Assembly (NCBI GenBank): GCA_965198065.1
Contig: CBDAON010000001.1
Span: forward strand, 1-40,407
Direction: 5' to 3'
DNA length: 40,407 nucleotides
DNA from: Longimicrobiales bacterium
GTDB taxonomy: Bacteria; Gemmatimonadota; Gemmatimonadetes; Longimicrobiales; Gaopeijiaceae
The position numbers and the translations under genes were made by a program. The notes below the pieces were generated by a model. The model made no database searches. It was not told where the DNA came from and saw only the letters and a program-made list of their open reading frames with translations. Numbering within the stretch: position 1 is the first letter of the stretch; every line of letters begins with the position of its first letter. Shown piece after piece: positions 26,753 through 36,665 of the stretch.

Positions 26753-27942
26753 ACCGCGATCGTCCGGACGAAGAGCTCGTTGTTCTCCCAGCGGGTTCGC
26801 TTCATGCTCAGGTCCACCGGCTGGGTCCGGCCGAGGGCGTCCGTGGCCCGTGACGCGAGCGTGTGCTCGCCGGGCGCTAGGCCCGTGGTGCGGAACGTGA
26901 AGAACGTCCACGAACACGGGTCCTCAGGACGGTCGAGGGTCGCCGGGAGCCAGTCGCCCCCGTCCACCTGGACCTCCACCCGGTCCAGCGGAGTGCCGTC
27001 GCCGTACGCCACTCCGAACACCGTAAAACGATCCTGGAGCCGCGTGACGCGTGCGATCATCGACTTCACCCGGATCCGCGTGACGGAGGTCTCCACCCAC
27101 TCCACCTCGCCGTTCACCTCGCGCTCCATGAGCGTCACGTAATCCCGGGCCATGAACCGGGCCATGAGCCGGTCCGCGCTCACGTCGATCCGCTCGAGCC
27201 ACTTCACGTTCGACACCCCGTACCAGCCGGGGACGAGGAGCCGGACCGGGAACCCGTGCACGATTGGAAGCGGCTCTCCGTTCATCTCCCAGACGACGAG
27301 GGGATCGGTCTCGGCGATATGCTCGAGCGACATCGAGCGGCCGAAGTGCTGCTCGTATTCGTTCCCGCGAACCTCCTCCGTGCCGGTGTCGGCCCCCCAG
27401 AAGTGGACCTCGCGGGCGCCCGCCGCGAGACCTGCCTGGTCCAGGAGCGGCCGGAGCCGCGTTCCCGTCCAGGTCGCGTTCCCCACCATGCCGTTGAAGG
27501 TGCCCCTCGAGTTGCCCCCGCACTCGAAGACCACGGTGCGCTCCGCGCGGGGAAGCGCCCGAAGCTGCTCGAGCGTGAACGTGAGCGGCCGCTGGACCAG
27601 CCCCCCGATGCGGAGCGTGTAGCTCGATGTGTAGAGCTCCGGAACGCCGTAATGGGCGACCATGAAGTAGTCCTCGATGGGCGTGAGCCACGAGTCGAGG
27701 TTCCTCAGATCCTGGGCGATCAGGCTCTGCCCGGGGTACGTCTCGGCCCCGCCGCGCCGCCCCGTGAAGCTCTCGGGAACGTCCGTGAACAGGACCACGG
27801 TCTCCTCCTGCCGGAACCAGTCTCTAGGCCATCCGGGAATGGGCACGATCGCGAGGCCGACCGCGGCGAGCCCCATGCGCCCAAGAGCTTCGCGGCGCGT
27901 GACGATACCGTCGGGGGTGAGGTGGGTGCGCTGCACGTCCAT
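26749..27942 (-). CDS. Sulfite-oxidase-family molybdopterin oxidoreductase, Tat-exported
   Basis: TRREAL Tat motif, Mo-ligand FECGGN, GNATWTG, HGFPVRLLVPGWYG..NVKW, and a C-terminal Ig-like dimerisation domain. Confidence 0.88.
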   Translation of the reverse strand: MDVQRTHLTPDGIVTRREALGRMGLAAVGLAIVPIPGWPRDWFRQEETVVLFTDVPESFTGRRGGAETYPGQSLIAQDLRNLDSWLTPIEDYFMVAHYGVPELYTSSYTLRIGGLVQRPLTFTLEQLRALPRAERTVVFECGGNSRGTFNGMVGNATWTGTRLRPLLDQAGLAAGAREVHFWGADTGTEEVRGNEYEQHFGRSMSLEHIAETDPLVVWEMNGEPLPIVHGFPVRLLVPGWYGVSNVKWLERIDVSADRLMARFMARDYVTLMEREVNGEVEWVETSVTRIRVKSMIARVTRLQDRFTVFGVAYGDGTPLDRVEVQVDGGDWLPATLDRPEDPCSWTFFTFRTTGLAPGEHTLASRATDALGRTQPVDLSMKRTRWENNELFVRTIAV

Positions 27943-28034
27943 GGGGCCCTCCGGAGGCAACGGGGATACGCGAGAGATCGGCACCGAAACGCTTACGTCA
28001 AGATACGGCGCCCCGCGCCCCGGGCCAGGCGCTC

Positions 28035-29720
28035 CTAGAAGCCCGCGGGCTCTCCCCCCCGCCTCGGATCGGACACGCCGTGGAGGATCCCACGCTCGCC
28101 TACGGCGACGGCCTGAACGTCCCCCCAGACCTCGTCGCGCTCGACGACCCGATGTCCCATGCCGCGGAGCCCCTCTGCAGCCTGGTCCGAGAGGCCTGCC
28201 GGCTCGTGCAGAACCTCGTCCGGAAGATGCTGGTGGTGCACGCGCGGAGCCGAGACCGCGGAAGCCGGGTCCATCCCGTGATCGACGATGTTGGAGAGCA
28301 CCTGGAAGAGGGTCGTGGCGATCCGCGGGCCACCCGAGGTCCCCAGCACCAAACGAAGTGGGCGGTCTTCCTCGGGTCCCAGCACGATGGTGGGAGTCAT
28401 GGCCGATAGCATTCTCTTGGCGGGCTCGATCGCGTTCGCCTCCCCCTGATTCAGCCCGAAGTAGTTGGGAACGCCGGGGGCCAGCGTGAAGTCGTCCATG
28501 TCACTGTTCAGGAGGACCCCGGTACCCTCCGCCACGAGCTTGCCGCCGTACCAGGTGTTGAGCGTGGTGGTGACGGCCGCCGTGTCCCCCTCGGGGCCCA
28601 CGATCGAGACGTGGGTCGTGTGATCCCCCTCGTGAGGGGGGTGAACACTTCCCGGCTGGACGCCCGTCGATGGTGTCGCCCTGTCGAGCGGCATCCCGCG
28701 ACCGCGGAGCTCTCCGTACTCCGGAGAGACGAGCCGCGCGGTCGGGACGGTGACGCGATCCGGATCGCCCAGCCAGTGGTTCTGATCGGAGAATGCACGC
28801 CGCCACGCCTCCACGAGCAGATGCAGGTGCTGTGCGCCGTTCCAATGGTGAGCGGACAGGGGAAGGCGGTCGAGCATATGGCACGTCAGAGCGATCGTGA
28901 CGCCTCCCGACGACGGGGGCGGCATGGTGAGGAGCGTATGGTCTCGGTATCGAATGCTCAGGGGCTCGCGCCAGACGGCCTCGTACGCGGCGAGGTCCTC
29001 GTGCGAGAGGAGCCCCCCGCCCCGTCGCATTTCCGCCACGATCCGATCGGCCGTGATGCCCTGGTAGAATCCGTCGGGCCCCCCGTCCCGAATCCGCTCC
29101 AGGGTGGCCGCCAGGTCCGGCTGACGGAGCGTCTCCCCGGCACGAGGAGGCCGCCCCCGCGTCAGGAATACGGCCCGGCTCGACGGAAAGCGGTCCAGCT
29201 CACTGACGACTCGGGGGAGGAGCGAGCGAACGAATCGGTCGCCAACCACGAAGCCCGTCGCGAGCCCGATCGCGGGCTCGACGAGCGAGGCCCACGGGAG
29301 GGATCCGTGGTGCCGGTGCGCCTCCCACAGTCCCCTCACCGAGCCGGGCACGCCGGCGGCGAGGTGCCCGACGAGGGATCGATCCGTCGCCTCCCCGTCC
29401 GGATCCACGAACATGTCTCGCGTGGCCGTGAGCGGCGCCTTTGATCGGAAGTCCAGTGCCGCCACCTCACCGTCCGCCTTTCGAACGACGAGGAAGCCGC
29501 TCCCCCCCAGGTTCCCGGCCTCCGGGTTCACGACCGCGAGCGCGAACGAGACGGCCACGGCCGCATCGACCGAGTTGCCGCCGGATCGGAGGACCGCGAC
29601 CCCCACGTCGCTCGCATACCGGTCCGTGGTCGCGACCACGGCGGTCCGCCCGGATACCGCTGGGGCGCCGCGTCGGTGTGGCCACCGGTCGGGCCATCCC
29701 CTCGCCGGAAGGGACGTCAT
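28035..29720 (-). CDS. ggt: Gamma-glutamyltransferase
   Basis: GGNSVDAAVA, GNLGGSGF, catalytic HTTHVS, LNSDMDDF, KRMLSAMTP, GTSGG and DPRRGG. ATG at 29720; no obvious signal peptide. Confidence 0.92.
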   Translation of the reverse strand: MTSLPARGWPDRWPHRRGAPAVSGRTAVVATTDRYASDVGVAVLRSGGNSVDAAVAVSFALAVVNPEAGNLGGSGFLVVRKADGEVAALDFRSKAPLTATRDMFVDPDGEATDRSLVGHLAAGVPGSVRGLWEAHRHHGSLPWASLVEPAIGLATGFVVGDRFVRSLLPRVVSELDRFPSSRAVFLTRGRPPRAGETLRQPDLAATLERIRDGGPDGFYQGITADRIVAEMRRGGGLLSHEDLAAYEAVWREPLSIRYRDHTLLTMPPPSSGGVTIALTCHMLDRLPLSAHHWNGAQHLHLLVEAWRRAFSDQNHWLGDPDRVTVPTARLVSPEYGELRGRGMPLDRATPSTGVQPGSVHPPHEGDHTTHVSIVGPEGDTAAVTTTLNTWYGGKLVAEGTGVLLNSDMDDFTLAPGVPNYFGLNQGEANAIEPAKRMLSAMTPTIVLGPEEDRPLRLVLGTSGGPRIATTLFQVLSNIVDHGMDPASAVSAPRVHHQHLPDEVLHEPAGLSDQAAEGLRGMGHRVVERDEVWGDVQAVAVGERGILHGVSDPRRGGEPAGF

Positions 29721-29869
29721 CGCGGGTCGGCTCTCCGATGGGAGTTGGCCGCGTCCGTCATGCACCCGCCGAGGCTGGTCGTCGGTTTCCTCACGATCGG
29801 AATGACCGAGCGGGCGGGCCCGGGCGGCCCCTGGTGCCCACGCGATGACGAGGCCACGATAAACCTCTG

Positions 29870-30799
29870 ATGAGCGACCACTCCCCGGCCGTCCGACCGC
29901 GAGCACTTCGAAAGGGGTGCAGGATCGCGCTCGTGGCCCCGGCGGGCCCCCTCGACCCGGAGCGGATCGATCGCGCCACGGAGCACTGCCGTACCCTGGG
30001 GATCGAACCCGTTCTCTTTCCTGCCGCCGCACTTCGCTGGGGATACCTGGCCGGCAGCGACGAGGAGCGTCTGGCCGACCTCCAGGGTGCCTTCGACGAC
30101 CCCACAGTGGACGCCGTCTGGGCCCTCCGCGGCGGATACGGTACGCTCCGGATCCTGGACCGCCTTAGGCTGGTGCGGCAGCGCACGGACCCGATCCCCT
30201 TCATCGGGTTCAGCGACAATACGACGATCCATGTGCGCCACGCTGCGATCGGGGTCATCTCTTTCCACGGCCCCCATCCCGGCTCCGAGATCCCAGCCGA
30301 AACCGAAGCGTCGTTCGCGGCCGTCCTCTTCTCCGAGGAGCCGGCCGGCCCGCTTCCGCGCCGAAGCGGCGATCCTCCCGCTCGACCCCTCGTCCCCGGT
30401 CGCGTGGAGGCTCCGCTCTTCGGCGGAAACCTCACCCTTCTCGCCGCCCTCTGTGGGTCGAGCGACGCGCCGAGCGCGCGCGGTCGCATCCTCTTCCTGG
30501 AGGAACATGGCGAGCCCACCTACCGCGTCGACCGTCTGCTCATGCAGCTTCAGCGCTCCGGCGCCCTCGAAGGAGTGGCGGGACTCGCCTTCGGCCGGTT
30601 CACGGGAGCTCCCGCGGAGGGGGCGCGGACGCCCCAGCTGATCGAGGAGATCGCGCTCCGGCTAGCAGTGCCTGCGGTCGCCGATCTTCCCTTCGGCCAT
30701 GTGGAGCACAACTGCACCCTTCCGGTCGGCGCCCGTGCGGTGCTCGACGGGCAGGCCGCGACATTGTCCATCGTGGAAGGAGCCGTCAAGGCCGTGTGA
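29870..30799 (+). CDS. ldcA: LD-carboxypeptidase (peptidase S66)
   Basis: RGGYG, catalytic GFSDNT, GGNL, FLEE and PFGH motifs. Confidence 0.92.
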   Translation: MSDHSPAVRPRALRKGCRIALVAPAGPLDPERIDRATEHCRTLGIEPVLFPAAALRWGYLAGSDEERLADLQGAFDDPTVDAVWALRGGYGTLRILDRLRLVRQRTDPIPFIGFSDNTTIHVRHAAIGVISFHGPHPGSEIPAETEASFAAVLFSEEPAGPLPRRSGDPPARPLVPGRVEAPLFGGNLTLLAALCGSSDAPSARGRILFLEEHGEPTYRVDRLLMQLQRSGALEGVAGLAFGRFTGAPAEGARTPQLIEEIALRLAVPAVADLPFGHVEHNCTLPVGARAVLDGQAATLSIVEGAVKAV

Positions 30800-30971
30800 C
30801 GGAAGTATCCGAGGACGCGGCCTGGCGAACGGGCGCCGGGCCGCCCGACGCCGGTCGGCCCGCCTCGGTTCGGCTGGCACGACTTACTCGCACCCCGATG
30901 GCGGAACTGGCGGGCGACCGCGGTCGTATGAGGACGAAAGGAAGCTCGTCCTTCGCTCGTCGGAGCCCTCC

Positions 30972-31817
30972 ATGAATCCCGCCGAAGACCCGTCGCGCTC
31001 GCCCTCGGGAAGGTCGCCTTTCGAGTTCATGCGAAGACGCCGCGAGGCGGCGGGGAGACCCCTTCCTGTCGCGGCCGGCGTGCTCGTGCTGGTGCTCATC
31101 GGGGGCGCGGTCGCTTGGTATGTCCTCCGCTCGCCCCCGGAGCCCCAGCCCCAGGTGGCGGTCCCGACGATCCCCGTCGAGCCGGCTCCGGTGGACTCGA
31201 GCCTGGTGGTCCCCCCAATCGACCTGCCCCCGCTCGACGCGAGTGACGCGATCGTCCGCGAGCTCGTGTCTCGCTTGTCGGCTCATCCCCGGATAGCCGA
31301 GTGGTTCGTCAGCGACGATCTCGTACGCCGGTTCGTGTCGGCCGTGGTGAACCTCGCCGGAGGCCGGAGCCCCTCCCCGCACGTCGGGTTCCTCGCGCCG
31401 GCTGGCGACTTCAGCGTCCAGACCTCCGGGGAAGACACCCTGATCGATCCGGCCAGCTACGCTCGCTACGACCTGCTGGTCGAGGCGTTCACCTCGCTCG
31501 ACACCCGAGGGTCCGCGGTTCTCTACCAGCAGCTCCGCCCTCTCTTCGTGGAAGCGCACACCGAGCTCGGGCTCGGCGACCGGAGCTGGGACGATGCGAT
31601 GGTCCTGGCCGTCGGGAACGTCCTGGCCGCGCGAGTATCAGACGGGCCTGTCCGCGTCCGGGAAGAGGAGAGTCTATACGTATTCATGGATCCCGCCCTC
31701 GAGTCGGGGACCGACGCAGAGAAGCACCTGATCAGAGCGGGGTCCGAGAACGCCCGAAGGATCCAGGCCAAGCTAAGGGAGCTGGCCGCGGCCATTGGGA
31801 TCCAGCCGCCCGCTTGA
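30972..31817 (+). CDS. DUF3014-like membrane-anchored protein
   Basis: One TM helix, a Pro-rich linker, then LPPLDASD, LVRRFV, SYARYD, DPALE and EKHLIRAGSENARRIQAKLRE. Confidence 0.8.
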   Translation: MNPAEDPSRSPSGRSPFEFMRRRREAAGRPLPVAAGVLVLVLIGGAVAWYVLRSPPEPQPQVAVPTIPVEPAPVDSSLVVPPIDLPPLDASDAIVRELVSRLSAHPRIAEWFVSDDLVRRFVSAVVNLAGGRSPSPHVGFLAPAGDFSVQTSGEDTLIDPASYARYDLLVEAFTSLDTRGSAVLYQQLRPLFVEAHTELGLGDRSWDDAMVLAVGNVLAARVSDGPVRVREEESLYVFMDPALESGTDAEKHLIRAGSENARRIQAKLRELAAAIGIQPPA

Positions 31818-31940
31818 GGCGCAGTACACAGGTCTCGGCGAGGACGCCGGTCTCGGACGAGCCGCCAGGCTCGGCCGGCCGGCCGGTGGATCGGCAACAG
31901 ATGGACCAGCGAAGGCGTGGGAGCGGGTGGGCCCGATGCG

Positions 31941-32720
31941 TTACGCCGCCATCTCACGCGCGGCATCCGGGAGGCGCGGCACCCGGGTCACGCGAGCGAC
32001 CCCCCGGCTCCGGCGGCGGAGCAGCTCCTCGACGCAGGCGCTCTCCTTGCACCCGGCGTATTTCGCCCACCGGCGCCAGCTGGAGCCGTGCCCCAGCTCA
32101 CCGTCGAACAGCCAGTCCGCCACATGCGCCATCTCATGCACCAGGGTGTCGGTGCGCTCCCGCCCGTTGCCCTCCAGCATCAGATCGACGTTCAGGGCAA
32201 TCTCCACTATATAGCGCCGTCCGTTCCCGTACCCCGGCACCACCTGCCCCAAGCGCGTCGTCATCCGGTTGCTCAGGCGAACGGGCACGTCCACCGGAAG
32301 GCGGTCGTCGAAGCGTGTCCTGTTCAGGTAGCGATACAGTCGTCCAAGGTAGAGGCGCTGCTCCTCCGTCGCGCAGCAGGGCCCTGGCTGGTTGCGGCGA
32401 CGTGGCGGAGACGGGCGACGCGCTCGATGCTCTCGACGAATCCGCCGGAGCTCGAGGTCCAGGACCTCCCAAGACCTCACCACGGCCGCCGCCTCCCGGA
32501 AGACGGGTCCTCCACGGTGGGCGTCACGAACGATGACGGCGAAGTGATCCAGGATATCCGGCGGTGCCGTCCGATAGGCGACGTGGAGGTTCAGGACCGT
32601 CCCCTCCTTCGTGACGGACCAGATCGTGCTTCGGTTGGATCGGAAGCTCACGCTCCGGAGGCGACGAGCGCCCTTTCGCCTGAGAAAGCTCAACACCTGT
32701 CGTTCCGTTCGCGCCTGCAT
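31941..32720 (-). CDS. SprT-like zinc metalloprotease
   Basis: LNRTRFDDRLP, SNRMTTRLG, TLVHEMAH (HExxH) and HGSSWRRW. Confidence 0.82.
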   Translation of the reverse strand: MQARTERQVLSFLRRKGARRLRSVSFRSNRSTIWSVTKEGTVLNLHVAYRTAPPDILDHFAVIVRDAHRGGPVFREAAAVVRSWEVLDLELRRIRREHRARRPSPPRRRNQPGPCCATEEQRLYLGRLYRYLNRTRFDDRLPVDVPVRLSNRMTTRLGQVVPGYGNGRRYIVEIALNVDLMLEGNGRERTDTLVHEMAHVADWLFDGELGHGSSWRRWAKYAGCKESACVEELLRRRSRGVARVTRVPRLPDAAREMAA

Positions 32721-33007
32721 GCCCGATCACTTCTGCCCGTAAGGTGGGTCACTGGGACCTTCGGCGAGGCCGAGATCATACTACCCCTGGAACGAACGCT
32801 CAAGGGGCCGGTTGCTGTCGCAAATGATGCAACACTGGGAGAAGTTCGGGCATCGAGATTGGACCCACAGGATATTGTACCTCGCATCTCCATACCCACT
32901 AGCGCTTGGGGGTTGGCGAAAGAAAACACTTGCGAAATCACGCGTGTGTGTTACAACTCAAGTGTGGTTCCGTTGAAGGTTACACCCATGAAGATGGAGG
33001 ATTACCC

Positions 33008-33361
33008 GTGGCCACGAAGCGCACCGCGAAGAAGAAGCCCGCCGCGAAGCGGAAGCCCGCCGCGAAGCGGAAGCCCGCCGCGAAGCGGAAGCCCGCCGCA
33101 AAGCGGAAGCCCGCCGCAAAGAAGAAGACCGCTGCAAAGCGGAAGCCCGCCGCGAAGCGGAAGCCCGCCGCAAAGCGGAAGCCCGCCGCAAAGAAGAAGA
33201 CCGCCGCGAAGCGGAAGCCCGCCGCAAAGAAGAAGACCGCTGCAAAGAAGAAGACCGCCGCGAAGCGGAAGCCCGCCGCAAAGAGGAGGACCGCCGCGAA
33301 GCGGACGACAAGGAAGAAAGCCGCCGCGAAGAGGAAACCCGCCGCCAGAAAGAAGAAGTAG
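33008..33361 (+). CDS. Histone H1-like Lys/Ala-rich nucleoid protein
   Basis: GGAGG RBS and GTG start. The protein is almost entirely hexapeptide repeats AAKRKP/AAKKKT. Confidence 0.8.
   Translation: MATKRTAKKKPAAKRKPAAKRKPAAKRKPAAKRKPAAKKKTAAKRKPAAKRKPAAKRKPAAKKKTAAKRKPAAKKKTAAKKKTAAKRKPAAKRRTAAKRTTRKKAAAKRKPAARKKK
33025..33345 (+). repeat. 18-bp tandem coding repeat (GCCGCRAAGCGGAAGCCC / GCYGCAAAGAAGAAGACC)
   Basis: Directly visible tandem units, roughly 17-18 copies. Confidence 0.9.
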
Positions 33362-33440
33362 GGGCGTCTGCCAGCGACGGAACCGCAATGCGTGAAGCGA
33401 GGGGCTCGGCCATGGTGGCCGGGCCCCGTTGCTTTGTCTC

Positions 33441-34115
33441 TTACTCGGGGCGCCCCGCCTGTGCGGTGACTGGGACGGTGGGGCTAACGATCGTGGACGA
33501 CGCCTCCGAAGACGCCTTGGCGCTCCGCTTTCGCGCGACCCAGAAGAGCACTCGGGCCCCCAGGAGCACGCCCAGGATCGTGGCGAGCAGGAGGGGAAGG
33601 CGCGTGTCGGCCTTCACCTGCCAGTAGAAGTGGATCGCACCGAGAGACGCTGCCAGATAGACGCCCCGGTGGATGGTCGTCCACTTGCGCCCGAGCCTTC
33701 GGATCCAGCCCTTCGTCGAGGTCACGGCCAGCGGGATCAGGACTAGGAAGGCGGAAAACCCGACCGTGATGTATGGGCGTTCCATTATGTCCTCCCACAC
33801 CCAGTCCACACGCAGACCGAGGTCTAGGATCACCCAGATCAGGAAGTGGACCGAGGCGTAGAAGAACGCGAACAGCCCGAGCGGCCGACGCAGCTGGATC
33901 ACCGGATGCCAGCCGCTGATCCTACGGAACGGCGTGACCGAGAGCGTAACGAGGAGGAGCACGAGCGTCGACATTCCGGTCACGTGGGTGACCTTCTCGA
34001 TGGGATTCACGCCCAGCCACCCTAGGAACATCCCGGCGATGATCCAGGCCGCCGGCGAGAGGGCGCTCGCCCAGAGCACCACCTTGAGCACCTTAACGGC
34101 GCCCCGTCTTTTCAT
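33441..34115 (-). CDS. msrQ: Methionine sulfoxide reductase heme-binding subunit
   Basis: LSVTP, RRPLGLFAFFYASVH, RPYITVG, LAVTS, and heme His in W..IH..VY and IHFYW; downstream of msrP. Confidence 0.93.
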   Translation of the reverse strand: MKRRGAVKVLKVVLWASALSPAAWIIAGMFLGWLGVNPIEKVTHVTGMSTLVLLLVTLSVTPFRRISGWHPVIQLRRPLGLFAFFYASVHFLIWVILDLGLRVDWVWEDIMERPYITVGFSAFLVLIPLAVTSTKGWIRRLGRKWTTIHRGVYLAASLGAIHFYWQVKADTRLPLLLATILGVLLGARVLFWVARKRSAKASSEASSTIVSPTVPVTAQAGRPE

Positions 34116-34161
34116 GCGCGGCCTCCTCCGGGCGGCGGACCGCCCGGGGCCACAGAGTCGC

Positions 34162-35109
34162 CTAGATCCAGCGGGCGAGGTCCATCCCCGCGTACATGTG
34201 CTGGACCTCGTCCGCGTACCCGTTGAACATGAGGGTCTCGCGACGGAAGAGCTCCCCGATCCTGCGCTCGCGGGCCTGGCTCCAGCGAGGATGCTCCACG
34301 TTCGGGTTCACGTTCGCGTAGAAGCCGTACTCCCGCGGGTTCGTGTCCCACCAGGTGTTGCGCGGCATTTCCGTAACGAACCGGATCCTCACGATGGACT
34401 TGATTCCCTTGAAGCCGTACTTCCACGGAACGATAAGGCGAAGCGGGGCCCCGTTCTGGTTGGGAAGGTCGACTCCGTACACGCCGGTGACGAGCAAGGT
34501 CAGCGGGTGCATGGCCTCGTCCATGCGAAGTCCCTCGATGTACGGCCATTCGAGGATCCCGGACCGCTGGCCGACCATCTCCCTGGGCCGGTATACGGTC
34601 GTGAACTCGACAAACTGGGCGCTCGGCTGCGGGTCCACGCGCCGGATCAGATCGGCCAAGGGAAAGCCACGCCACGGGATCACCATCGACCACGCCTCGA
34701 CGCAGCGGAGCCGGTAGACGCGGTCCTCGATCAGATGCGGACCCAGGAACTCCTCGAGCCCGTATTGCCCGGGCCTGTTCACGAGCCCCTCGATCGAGAC
34801 GCTCCAGGGTCGTGGCCGGAAGGCACCGGCGTTCCGCTCCGGATCCTCCTTGTCCGACCCGAACTCGTAAAAGTTGTTGTAGGTCGTGATCTCACGAAAC
34901 GAGTTCACCGGTTCGTCCAGCTCGGAGCGGAGGTCGGCGAAGCTCGGATCCTGAAGGCGACCTGGTTCCAGCGCCGACGACGCCGCGGGCGTCAGCGCCA
35001 GCCCCGCTACGCCGGCCGCAGCCTCACGAATGAACTCCCGGCGGTTCAAGTGGACCCGCTCGGGCGTGATCTCTGACGAAGGAATGTCGGAACCGCGTCG
35101 GATCAACAT
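34162..35109 (-). CDS. msrP: Methionine sulfoxide reductase catalytic molybdo-subunit
   Basis: MLIRR...SSEITPE...NRREFI Tat leader; [29 protein letters not shown] and [10 protein letters not shown]. Confidence 0.95.
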   Translation of the reverse strand: MLIRRGSDIPSSEITPERVHLNRREFIREAAAGVAGLALTPAASSALEPGRLQDPSFADLRSELDEPVNSFREITTYNNFYEFGSDKEDPERNAGAFRPRPWSVSIEGLVNRPGQYGLEEFLGPHLIEDRVYRLRCVEAWSMVIPWRGFPLADLIRRVDPQPSAQFVEFTTVYRPREMVGQRSGILEWPYIEGLRMDEAMHPLTLLVTGVYGVDLPNQNGAPLRLIVPWKYGFKGIKSIVRIRFVTEMPRNTWWDTNPREYGFYANVNPNVEHPRWSQARERRIGELFRRETLMFNGYADEVQHMYAGMDLARWI

Positions 35110-35375
35110 GGAGACTCCCAGCTCGGAGGGAAGCCCGGAAGGTGCTCGGGCAGTATAAAACGTGGTCGTTTGGAGGGGTTCCCGGAAGGACCCCCGCCAA
35201 GACCCTCGGCGGTCGGCGCTCGCGGTGGACGCCCGGCGGAGCTCTCGAAGAGCGTGAGGTCGTTCGCGTCCCATTCCCGCCGCTACGCCGGGATCCTACC
35301 TTGCCCCGGCGCGCGAGCCTCGCGCCCTCGGATCCCCTGGACGCGGTCCGGCCGGACACCCCCTGGAGATCAACC

Positions 35376-35802
35376 ATAACCATCCCCCGTACGACCCGCC
35401 TACTGGGCGCCGTCCTCTCGGCAGCCCTCGTCCTGGCCTCGTGTGAGTCTTCCACGGAGCCGGGGGACCACGTCGGTATCTACGAGCATCCTCGTCAACG
35501 GTAGCCCGCTTCCGGCCGTGACCGTCCACGACGAGCACCTGACGGAGGAGACGCTGGACGGATGGTTGAGGCTCGCCGACGACAACACGTTCCAGGCTTA
35601 CTTCCTGATTCGACGGAGCGCGGACGGGGTCGAGGAGATAGTAGAAGAGACCCCTTCTGGAACCTACGTGATCTCGGGGAACCAGATCACCTTCACGGAC
35701 GAAGAGGGGGACACGCCGGGAGTGCTCGACGGAGACCGCATCACCGTGACGGTTGAGGACAACGACCGGGGCACGGCCGTGATGCTCGTCTTCGAGAAGT
35801 AG
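35376..35802 (+). pseudogene. Lipocalin-like lipoprotein pseudogene
   Basis: A GGAG RBS precedes ATA (mutated ATG?) at 35376, followed by signal and lipobox LASC-ESSTEP. A frameshift at ~35487 leads into ILVNGSPLP...GTYVISGNQITFT...LVFEK. Confidence 0.6.
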
Positions 35803-35827
35803 AACGCGACGGGCGTCGCCGGAGGCG

Positions 35828-36658
35828 TCAGCTCGTGCTCTTCAGTCGCCGGTACTCGGCCAAGTGGCGGATCGCTGCGGCGGTGGTCCCCTCCTCCTCG
35901 TAGAGCCGGGAGAGGTTGTAGTGCGCCGAAGCCAGGCAGGGGTCGAGGAGTACGGCCTGCTCGTACGCCTCCACGGCCTCCCGCCTGCGCTCCTGGTCCT
36001 CGAGCGCCACCCCCAGGTTGTGCCACGCCATCGCGTTCTTCGGTGAGGTAGCGATCGCCTGCCGATAGTGGCGCTCCGCGTCGGGAAGGCTCCCCTCCTC
36101 GTGGAGTAGACGTCCCAGGTTCAGATGGGCCTCGACGTGACCGGCGGCCAGTCCGACGGCCTGACGATACGCCTCCTTCGCGTCGGCCGCCGACACAGCC
36201 TCTAGCTCGTGGCCCAGGTTGTACCAGTCGTCCGAGTCCGTGCTGTCGATGTCGAGCCCCTCCTCGACCACTCGACGCGCGAACGGGGCCGTGCGCGACG
36301 CGAGGTCCGCGACCGCGAACTCGAGGATGACCTGTCCCGAGTCGGGGTCCCACACGGTATCCCGGTCGCGGACGACTACGCCCTCTCCGTCGGTGCTGAC
36401 GTGCACCTCGGCAAGCGAGCGACCGCTCGGCAGCTGGTCCTGAAGCCTGTGGAGCGCGCGCCGGACCGTGCGCGGGTGGACGCGAGCCTTCAGGAGCTCG
36501 CTCGCGGCACGGAGGACGACGATGTCCTGGAAGGAGAAGCGGTACTCGTTCCGTCGACCGCGGCGAGGCGAGACGAGATTCGACCGAGCGTAGGAGCGTA
36601 CTTGGCGCACCGACAACCCGAGGATCTCCGCGACCTCGCGGGCGGTGTAGCCGGTCAT
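35828..36658 (-). CDS. MerR-type HTH + tetratricopeptide repeat protein
   Basis: N-terminal YTAREVAEILGLSVRQVRSY...YRFSFQDIVVLR (MerR HTH) and C-terminal TPRs (AHLNLG, AWHNLG, AHYNLS). Starts 7 nt after the ku stop. Confidence 0.85.
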   Translation of the reverse strand: MTGYTAREVAEILGLSVRQVRSYARSNLVSPRRGRRNEYRFSFQDIVVLRAASELLKARVHPRTVRRALHRLQDQLPSGRSLAEVHVSTDGEGVVVRDRDTVWDPDSGQVILEFAVADLASRTAPFARRVVEEGLDIDSTDSDDWYNLGHELEAVSAADAKEAYRQAVGLAAGHVEAHLNLGRLLHEEGSLPDAERHYRQAIATSPKNAMAWHNLGVALEDQERRREAVEAYEQAVLLDPCLASAHYNLSRLYEEEGTTAAAIRHLAEYRRLKSTS

Positions 36659-36665
36659 GGCGGAG

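Noticed and set aside
29721..30032. Extended 665-aa GGT start
   Set aside because: It overlaps divergent ldcA; GGT homology begins after ATG 29720.
32958..33413. Antisense repetitive ORFs (RRASAS / GGLPL repeats)
   Set aside because: They are shadows of the H1-like repeat gene, which has the RBS and a plausible composition.
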